The position numbers were made by a program, and so were the translations under genes. The notes beneath the pieces were generated by a model. That model saw only the letters and a program-made list of their open reading frames with translations. It had not been told where the DNA came from and searched no databases. Below are positions 57,204-64,000 of a stretch of 64,000 nt of DNA, piece by piece. The stretch is from Polyangiales bacterium (GTDB taxonomy: Bacteria; Myxococcota_A; Polyangia; Polyangiales; Polyangiaceae): positions 128,001 to 192,000 of the forward strand of contig JBBRLQ010000015.1 of assembly GCA_038231275.1 (NCBI GenBank), given 5' to 3'. The stretch's first letter is position 1, and every line of letters starts with the position of its first letter.

Positions 57204-57974
57204 ATGACCCCTCTGTCCACACGCCCGCCGCGGCACAAGCGCACGTACCTCATCAACCCGCGCTTCCAGCTGAAGTACACGGCGCTGCTCGTGGGCGTCG
57301 TGCTCACGGTGGTGATCGTGCTGGGCGCCGTGATCGGGCGGACGGTCTCCGAGGCGACCGACTACGCGCAGCTCGCGGTCGCCGAGGCCGAGCGCGCGAT
57401 GAACGAGAGCCGGACGAACTCGACGCTCGCGCACCAGAACGTGGTGCTCGCCGCGGCCGACAACCCCGAGCTCATGAAGATCATGGACGACGCGAACGAG
57501 GAGGCCGACAAGAAGGCCGAGCGCGATCTCGAAGAGGTTCGCAATCGCAGGGCCGAGATCGTCCGGCAGAAGTCGCGCATCCTCACGCTGCTCGTCGGCG
57601 CGGCCGTCTTGCTCGGCCTGCTCCTCGGCGCGATGGGTGTCCTCATCACGCACCGCGTGGTCGGCCCCGTCCACAAGATGAAGCGCCTCCTCCGGCAGGT
57701 CGGCACCGGCCGCCTCGGAAACCGCGAGCGCCTTCGTCAGGGCGACGAGTTGTCGGATCTCTTCGAGACGTTCCTCCAGATGACGTACTCGCTGAAGGCG
57801 ATGCAGAAGAGCCGTGTCGCGACGCTCGACGCGACGATCCGCGACGCGGCCGCCTCCGGCGCCTCCGCCGAGGTGATGGATGGCCTGCGCGCGCTGCGGG
57901 CGCAGATGGTCCTCGGGCTCTCGAGCGGCGTCGGCCGGCGAAGCTCCATCCCCGCGCCGTCGGAGGGGCCGTGA
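57204..57974 (+). CDS. HAMP-domain membrane protein
   Basis: RTYLINPRFQLKY, two TM segments and THRVVGP...LRQGDEL. Confidence 0.82.
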   Translation: MTPLSTRPPRHKRTYLINPRFQLKYTALLVGVVLTVVIVLGAVIGRTVSEATDYAQLAVAEAERAMNESRTNSTLAHQNVVLAAADNPELMKIMDDANEEADKKAERDLEEVRNRRAEIVRQKSRILTLLVGAAVLLGLLLGAMGVLITHRVVGPVHKMKRLLRQVGTGRLGNRERLRQGDELSDLFETFLQMTYSLKAMQKSRVATLDATIRDAAASGASAEVMDGLRALRAQMVLGLSSGVGRRSSIPAPSEGP

Positions 57975-58498
57975 CCGAGATCCGCGCGCTGGTCGACGAC
58001 GCGATCAATGTACTCTGCATGCGCTTCGAGCAGGGCGGGTACAACCCGACGCCGATCATCGATCTCGGCGTCCTCGTCGCCCGCGCGGACGGCAAGGTCG
58101 ACGCCGCCGAGAAGAAGGCGCTGCGTGACGTCTTCGAGGCGCTGCTCGACGAGCGGCTCAACGGAGAGGTCGTCGGTCATCTCGTCGCGGCGAGCCTCGA
58201 GGTGATCGAGATGGCGGGCGTGGAGCCGCGCGCGAGACTCATCGCTGAGATCTTGAAGGACTGCGACGCGGTCGAGCAGGGCATCGTGGTGGCGCTCGGC
58301 ATCGCGTTCGCGAGCGAGGGCCTCTCCAAGGGCGAGCGCGCGATCATCACCACGGTCGCCGACGCCGCCGGCCTCTCGCGCGCCCGCCTCGACGCGTTGA
58401 TCGAGCAGGTCCGAAAGCGCCTTCCCGAGGACGGCGGACCGACGAGCGCGCGCGACTCGCTGCACGGCCCGGCGGCCAAGCGCGTCATGCCGGACTGA
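57971..58498 (+). CDS. TerB-family protein
   Basis: VARADGKVDAAE and IAFASEGLSKGER motifs; GTGA overlap. Confidence 0.75.
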   Translation: MTEIRALVDDAINVLCMRFEQGGYNPTPIIDLGVLVARADGKVDAAEKKALRDVFEALLDERLNGEVVGHLVAASLEVIEMAGVEPRARLIAEILKDCDAVEQGIVVALGIAFASEGLSKGERAIITTVADAAGLSRARLDALIEQVRKRLPEDGGPTSARDSLHGPAAKRVMPD

Positions 58499-58622
58499 GG
58501 ATCGGCGTCTGGCGCCCCCGCGCTCGCGCGCGATCCTCGCGGGGCCTCGCGAGACGGATCGGGGTCGATCCGCGGACAAAAGCGCGGAATCACTGAGCTC
58601 CTCCGTTGGTACGGGACGCGCA

Positions 58623-60221
58623 GTGAGGAGCGCCATGACGCTCGTGGGACAGAAGGGGTGGAGGTCGGCACGCGCCGCCATGGCGATCGTTCCGGTGGGC
58701 TTCGCGCTCGCGGCGTGCTCGGCGACGCCCGACGGCCCGGCGGCCGAGGAGCAGGTAGGACAGTCCTCCGACGCCATCCTCGCGAGCGACGCGCTCGCCC
58801 GCGCGAACGAGTGGGTCTCCGTGAAGCTGAAGTACTGCCAGGCCCCCAACGGCGCGCGTGACTACGACTCGGCCTGCTCCACGTACTGCAGCCGTCAATC
58901 GAACGCGCAGTGGGATCCGTACCGCTCGGACTGCTCCGGCTTCGTGTCGTGGGCGTGGGGCCTGCCGTCGCCAGGGCGCGTGACCGGGCAGTTCGCGCCG
59001 TTCGTGAACGACATCACCAAAGCGATCCCGGCGATCGATCTGCAGCCGGGCGACGCTGTGAACAACAGCGAGCACATCATGATCTTCAAGGACTGGGTGA
59101 CCAAGGGCTCGGTCGCCACCTTCCTCGAGGAGCCGGGGTGCAGCTCGGCGACGCCCTACGCGCACGCCTTCACGAGCAACGTCACGATCAGCGGGAACAC
59201 GATCCACGTCGCGTGGAACGGCATGACGTTCACCGCCATCCACTACGGCGCGCTGCAGTCGGCACCGGCGCTGAAGGGCGTCCTCGACACGGCGAGCTGC
59301 ACCGATCTCGTCGGCTGGGCGCAGGATCCCGACAAGGCGACGGCGTCGATCTCGGTGACCTTGTCCTTCGACGCGCAGATGGGCAAGGCGGGCGCGGCCA
59401 CGCGCATCGTGCCGGCGAACGTCGATCGCAAGGATCTCTGCACGCCGCTCGGCTCGTGCAACCACGGATTTTCGGCGGCGATGCCGCTCGGGATGCAAGA
59501 CGGTAAGGCGCACACGCTGTACGCGTACGCGACCGATCCGTCGGGCAGCCAAATCCTCACGTCGGCGCCCAAGACGATGACCTGCCCGATGCCGGCCATC
59601 CCGAGCGGGGTGAAGCGTTGGATCACCGATCCGTCGTCCCTCGGCGCGTGGAAGCTCGACGCGACCCTCGACGTGCTGCGCATGCCGCAGGCCACGGTCG
59701 ACGCGGTGGCGAAGGGGGCTGATCTGCCGGCAAAGCCGAGCGCGGTCATCGCAGACGACGGCTCGTCGCCGGCGGTGTGGGTCGTGGACGGCGCGACGCG
59801 GCGTCACGTGAGAGACGGGGCGTCGATGGCGGCGTGGCACCTCACGGCGGTGAAGACGAGCGTGGCGACGATCAACGCGCTCGCGCAGGGTCCGGACTTT
59901 CCGGAGACGCCGTTCGCGTTCGTGGGCAGCGGCGGCGGCGCGGTCTACGTGATGGATGTCGATCCGACGACGCCGCCGGCGCCGGGCGGAACCGGCGGAT
60001 CGAGCAGCGGCGACGTCGGCGGGGGAACGGGTGGAGCCGGCGGAACGGGCAGCGGCGGTCCGGCCGGAAACGCGGGCGGCGGCGGTGTGGATCCCAACGC
60101 GTCGGGCCCGAGCAGCAGCGGCTGCACGCTCGCCGCGGGCGGCACCGCGCCCGACGCATCGTGGCTTGCGCTCCTCATGGTTATCCCGCTCGTGCGGCGG
60201 CGCGTCAGAGCAGCGGTCTAG
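58623..60221 (+). CDS. NlpC/P60-like peptidoglycan endopeptidase with MYXO-CTERM tail
   Basis: YRSDCSGFVSWAW, LQPGDAV...H; Gly-rich linker; SGC + TM + RRR. True start may be 58635 or 58680. Confidence 0.78.
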   Translation: MRSAMTLVGQKGWRSARAAMAIVPVGFALAACSATPDGPAAEEQVGQSSDAILASDALARANEWVSVKLKYCQAPNGARDYDSACSTYCSRQSNAQWDPYRSDCSGFVSWAWGLPSPGRVTGQFAPFVNDITKAIPAIDLQPGDAVNNSEHIMIFKDWVTKGSVATFLEEPGCSSATPYAHAFTSNVTISGNTIHVAWNGMTFTAIHYGALQSAPALKGVLDTASCTDLVGWAQDPDKATASISVTLSFDAQMGKAGAATRIVPANVDRKDLCTPLGSCNHGFSAAMPLGMQDGKAHTLYAYATDPSGSQILTSAPKTMTCPMPAIPSGVKRWITDPSSLGAWKLDATLDVLRMPQATVDAVAKGADLPAKPSAVIADDGSSPAVWVVDGATRRHVRDGASMAAWHLTAVKTSVATINALAQGPDFPETPFAFVGSGGGAVYVMDVDPTTPPAPGGTGGSSSGDVGGGTGGAGGTGSGGPAGNAGGGGVDPNASGPSSSGCTLAAGGTAPDASWLALLMVIPLVRRRVRAAV

Positions 60222-60763
60222 GTCCAGCGAAGCCGATACCGCACGTCGTGCTCGGTCCACTCGTCGACCGTCACCTTCGCCACCTTCGCGCCGCCGAGCG
60301 TGAGCACCGCCTCGAGCCTTCCGGCGATCCCCTCCCACATCGGCTCGGTGTAGCCCTTCACGTGCTTGATGGTCGCGGTCGCCTGACCTTTGCCGATGAA
60401 CGGCCACTCGACGCGTCCGTGAGAGTTGTACCTCTGCCACGCCCGCTCGGTCGCGCGGAGGAGCGTGCCGTAGTCGGCGACGCGGATGAACGCGCGAAAG
60501 ACGCCGCCGAAATCCGCGCGCGCGGCGAGCTCACCGACGCGTCGGTTGGCGGCGAGGTCCCCTTTGCCGAGCTCGCTGCGGATGGCGTCGTGCAAGGCTG
60601 CAGGGACCGCCATCGGGAATTGCGCGTCCGGCTCGACAGCCGCCTCGAGGCGTAGGCGCACGTCGGCCGGGAGCGCCGCACGCACGCGCGCGAGCCCTTC
60701 CGTGCCGTACTCCTGTTCGATCGCCGCGAGGAGCCCCCGCAGCGCCATCCCCCGAACGTGCAT
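60218..60763 (-). CDS. Hypothetical myxobacterial protein (DUF2378-like)
   Basis: VRG...YG.EG..RV.AALP, W.RY...G and terminal YRLRW pattern. Confidence 0.6.
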   Translation of the reverse strand: MHVRGMALRGLLAAIEQEYGTEGLARVRAALPADVRLRLEAAVEPDAQFPMAVPAALHDAIRSELGKGDLAANRRVGELAARADFGGVFRAFIRVADYGTLLRATERAWQRYNSHGRVEWPFIGKGQATATIKHVKGYTEPMWEGIAGRLEAVLTLGGAKVAKVTVDEWTEHDVRYRLRWT

Positions 60764-60828
60764 CGCGAGGAGGAGCGTACCCTACCCGTCAAGCGCGAGC
60801 GACGCGGCGTGGGTCGAGCTTTCGGCGC

Positions 60829-62268
60829 TCAGCGCTTCTTTTTGAGGAGATCGGCGAACGTTCCGAGCGAGGCCGGTGCGTTCGACTTGCTGCGCGCCTC
60901 TTCGTAATCGGCGCGCTCCTCCGCGTCCTTCGCGCCCTTCACAGAGAGGCGCAGTCGACCGTCGCCGGTCTCGAGGACTTTGGCGGTCACCTTCGTGCCT
61001 TCGGGGAACGTCTTGCGAAGATCGGTGCCGCGCGCGACGCCGAGCTCGGCGCTGGGCACGAGCCCGCGGCCGGCGCGCCCTTTGGTGCCGTCGATCTGGA
61101 CGAAGACCCCGTACGTCTCGATGCGCTCGACGACGCCGTTCACGATGGCACCGACCTTCACGGCGACGCTCGCGGCGACCTGCGCACCCGGCGCGGCCCC
61201 TTCGGGCGCGAGGACGAGCGAGATCTTCTTCGTCTCGCGATCGATCTTCTTGACGACGACGTTCACCGCCTCGCCCTCGCCGATCTTGTCGCGCTTGCCG
61301 ACCTCCGACACGTGGAGCAGCCCCTCGACCGCCGGCGCGATGCGCACGAAGAAGCCGAAATCCGCGCTGCGCGTGACGGTGCCGGCGACGACGCGCCCCT
61401 CTTTGAGATCGAGCTCGGCCCACGGATCGGCCATGAGCGCCTTGAGCGAGAGCGTGATCTTCTTCGTCTGGCCGCCGGAGCGCTGCGCCTCGACGTCCTT
61501 CACCTCGCGCACCTGCACTTCGACCGTGTCCCCGGCGTTGAGCGCGGAGGAGACCTGGGCCGAGCGATCGTGCGAAATTTCCGACCGCGGGATGAGGCCC
61601 TCGATTCCGCCGAGATCGACGAACGCCCCGAAATCGCGGATGCCGGTGACGGTGCCCTTGAGGACGGCGCCCGGGACGATGTCCCCCATCATGCGGTGCG
61701 CGGCCTCGCTCGCCTCGCGCTGCATGAGCGCACGGCGCGAGACGACGACGTTCTTGCCGCCGTCCTTCACGTCGGTCACGACGAAGCGCAGCGTCTGGCC
61801 GATGAGGACCTTCGGGTCCTCCATGAAGCCCTTGTCGGCCTGCGACATCGGGCAGAACGCGCGCGCGCCGCCGCCGAGATCGACCTCGAGGCCGCCCTTG
61901 TTGACGCCGGTGACCTTGCCCTCGACGGCGAGGCCCGACTCCTTCGCCTGCTCGATCGCGGCGGTGCTGCCCGGGCGTCCGAGCGATTTGCCGAGGCGGA
62001 CGAAGCCCTTGCGATCGTCGACCTCGACGACGTGGCCGCTGACGCGATCGCCCTCCTTGACGGTGATGTTCCCCTCTTCGTCGCGAAGATCCGCGGCCTC
62101 GAAGAAGGCCTGCTGCTTGCCGTCGAGCTCGACGAAGACGCTGTCCTTGCCGACGTGGACGACGATGGCGTCGAGGCGGTCTCCCACGCGCACGGCCTTC
62201 TTCCTCGAGGCGCCTGCGCTCTCCCCTTCGAAGAGGGCGGCGAACGTGTCGACTTTGCTATCGCTCAT
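60829..62268 (-). CDS. rpsA: Multi-S1-domain protein (ribosomal protein S1 homologue)
   Basis: About five S1 domains (GVNKGG, DFGAFVDLGGIEGLI, EGLLHVSE); C-terminal LGTFADLLK. Confidence 0.8.
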   Translation of the reverse strand: MSDSKVDTFAALFEGESAGASRKKAVRVGDRLDAIVVHVGKDSVFVELDGKQQAFFEAADLRDEEGNITVKEGDRVSGHVVEVDDRKGFVRLGKSLGRPGSTAAIEQAKESGLAVEGKVTGVNKGGLEVDLGGGARAFCPMSQADKGFMEDPKVLIGQTLRFVVTDVKDGGKNVVVSRRALMQREASEAAHRMMGDIVPGAVLKGTVTGIRDFGAFVDLGGIEGLIPRSEISHDRSAQVSSALNAGDTVEVQVREVKDVEAQRSGGQTKKITLSLKALMADPWAELDLKEGRVVAGTVTRSADFGFFVRIAPAVEGLLHVSEVGKRDKIGEGEAVNVVVKKIDRETKKISLVLAPEGAAPGAQVAASVAVKVGAIVNGVVERIETYGVFVQIDGTKGRAGRGLVPSAELGVARGTDLRKTFPEGTKVTAKVLETGDGRLRLSVKGAKDAEERADYEEARSKSNAPASLGTFADLLKKKR

Positions 62269-62956
62269 GGAGCGCGCGTTCTAGCACTGGATCGCCCAGG
62301 AGCAGGCGATTTTTCGGGGTGATCTCCGCGGGAATTCGCTGCGTGTGGACGCGGTATCCGGCGTCCCGCAGCCGAGCTGCGCGGGTCGCGTCGATGGCGA
62401 GCGGGCCGTCCATCCAGCCGCCCAGGCCGCCCGCATCGTTGCGCCCCTCGTCGTGGCAGCAGGGGACGACCGCGACGCGCGCGCGGACCGAGACGGCGCG
62501 CGCGAGCACCCGATCGGTCAGCTCGCCGCAGGCGTGGCACGAGACGACGACGTCGCCGGCATCGAGCGCGACGTCGTCGAGGCTGCCCGACACGGTAGTG
62601 ACGCGTCCGGCGAGGCGCGGCCACTCGTCGGCCATCGCCTTCGCGATCTTGGCGGCGCTCTTGGGAATTCGTGAATCGACGGCGAGCGCCACCTTCGACG
62701 TGTCGTCGAGGATCAGCATCAGGTGCGCGAGGAGGGCGTGCCCGCACGCAAGATCGACGACGCGCCCGCCTCGAAAGCGACGCCGCGTGCGCCGGGCCAG
62801 CTCCCACGCCTCGTACAGCTCCTTGCGCGGCAGGCACTCGGCGCGGCATACCGCCCGGCCGATGCGGTCGAAGAGGCCGTCGCCGGGGAAGCGCGGGAGC
62901 TGGTGGAGATTCAGCTTCACGCGCGAGCTGGGCGAAAAATTTCCAGTCACGGGCAA
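62258..62956 (-). CDS. Methyltransferase domain protein
   Basis: VVDLACGH, HACGELTD, PCC and TPKN. Confidence 0.8.
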   Translation of the reverse strand: MPVTGNFSPSSRVKLNLHQLPRFPGDGLFDRIGRAVCRAECLPRKELYEAWELARRTRRRFRGGRVVDLACGHALLAHLMLILDDTSKVALAVDSRIPKSAAKIAKAMADEWPRLAGRVTTVSGSLDDVALDAGDVVVSCHACGELTDRVLARAVSVRARVAVVPCCHDEGRNDAGGLGGWMDGPLAIDATRAARLRDAGYRVHTQRIPAEITPKNRLLLGDPVLERALHER

Positions 62957-62984
62957 GTACGAGCATACGCGCTATGATTGGGCG

Positions 62985-64000
62985 ATGCGCGCGTCCCCGC
63001 TCTGGCTCGGCGCCATCGTCTCGGCCTGCTACGGCAGCACCGGCGCGTCACCCGCCCCCTCCGGCACCGGCTCCGGCACGCAGGCGTATTCGTGCCCCGG
63101 CGAGAGCGCGGACCTCGATCACACGAAGATCCTCGCCTGCCTCGGCCAAGGCGCGACCCAGCCGGCATGCCTCGACGCGCTCTTCACGCCGTACTTCGCG
63201 TCGCACACCACGCACGACGCGCTCGCGCTGCTGCAGTGCCTCGAGGATCACGACAACGGGATCCTCGGCGACTGCCACCCCGTCGCGCACTCGATCGGTC
63301 GCATCACGTTCTTGAAGCAGCAGAGCGTCGACAAGTCGTTCGCGGCGTGCGAAGCGACGTGCCACTCCGGCTGCTACCACGGCGCGATGGAGCGCTTCCT
63401 CCGCGGAGACGCGCCCGACGGCACGCACATCACGCCGCAGGAGCTCCAGGCGAAGGCAGCGACGGCGTGCGATCCGAACGCCGAGCTCCAGTTCCGGTTC
63501 CAGTGCTTGCACGGCCTCGGCCACGCGCTGATGTACTACTCGGGCTACGCGCTCACGTCGTCGCTGCAGCTGTGCTCGTCGACCGGCGCGGGGTGGAACG
63601 AAGGCTCGTGTTGGGGCGGGGTGTTCATGGAGAACCTCGTCGCCGCCGACTCGAAGGCGCGCGACGTCTCGCCTACGGACGTCCACTACCCGTGCGACGC
63701 GATCGACGATCGCTACGGCGACACCTGCTACCAGATGCAGACGAGCCGCATGAGCGAGATGGGGCTCGGCCCGGCGGACATCCTCGTCGAGTGCCGAAAA
63801 GCGGGGACGCATCGGCCGCAGTGCATGCAGTCGCTCGGTCGCGATCTCTCGAACACGGTGCGGTTGGGCGACTCGGCGTCGGTCATCGCGGTGTGCGAGA
63901 CCGGCGTCCCGGAGGACACGTCCGCGTGCACGGGCGGGGTCATCGGCGCGCTCATCGACAACACGTGGGACGGGCGCTTCGCGTTTCCGTATTGCGCGAA
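62985..64000 (+). CDS. Cys/His-rich lipoprotein (partial, runs off the window; absent from the ORF track)
   Basis: MRASPLWLGAIVSAC lipobox; CHPVAHSIG, CHSGCYHG, CLHGLGH and CWGGVFMEN; open to base 64000. Confidence 0.8.
   Translation, partial: MRASPLWLGAIVSACYGSTGASPAPSGTGSGTQAYSCPGESADLDHTKILACLGQGATQPACLDALFTPYFASHTTHDALALLQCLEDHDNGILGDCHPVAHSIGRITFLKQQSVDKSFAACEATCHSGCYHGAMERFLRGDAPDGTHITPQELQAKAATACDPNAELQFRFQCLHGLGHALMYYSGYALTSSLQLCSSTGAGWNEGSCWGGVFMENLVAADSKARDVSPTDVHYPCDAIDDRYGDTCYQMQTSRMSEMGLGPADILVECRKAGTHRPQCMQSLGRDLSNTVRLGDSASVIAVCETGVPEDTSACTGGVIGALIDNTWDGRFAFPYCA

Overview
High-GC (roughly 70%) bacterial chromosomal window. It is most consistent with Myxococcota, probably Polyangia/Sorangiineae-like: it has MYXO-CTERM proteins, CGDG/EQCDD cysteine-rich repeat proteins, a TSP3-OmpA protein, a Ser/Thr kinase and many lipoproteins. 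The first ~12 kb is a flagellar filament locus, which is unexpected for a lineage whose cultured model members glide. It holds four tandem short (275-aa) flagellin genes (the fourth with a +1 frameshift), fliD, fliS and a translationally coupled methyltransferase-TPR gene. On the opposite strand is a coupled FlgJ-like muramidase-neuA-neuB-neuC operon, whose NeuB and NeuC resemble the true sialic acid (Neu5Ac) enzymes. A sigma28-like motif, T(C/T)AA(G/C)-N15-CCG(TT/AC)C, occurs with exact spacing before three flagellins and fliD. It also occurs before a sensorless histidine kinase and an RTX-repeat lipoprotein. Flagellins 2-4 share a two-hairpin 5' leader. The rest of the window is a patchwork of metabolic genes, methyltransferases and secreted or lipoprotein genes, including a MutH homologue, an SO2930-type diheme cytochrome/beta-helix pair, a tandem lipoprotein pair with a MACPF-like motif and an ArsR/SRPBCC module with twin operators. 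No rRNA, tRNA, CRISPR array or intact transposase was seen. All product calls come from motif recognition, not from database searches.
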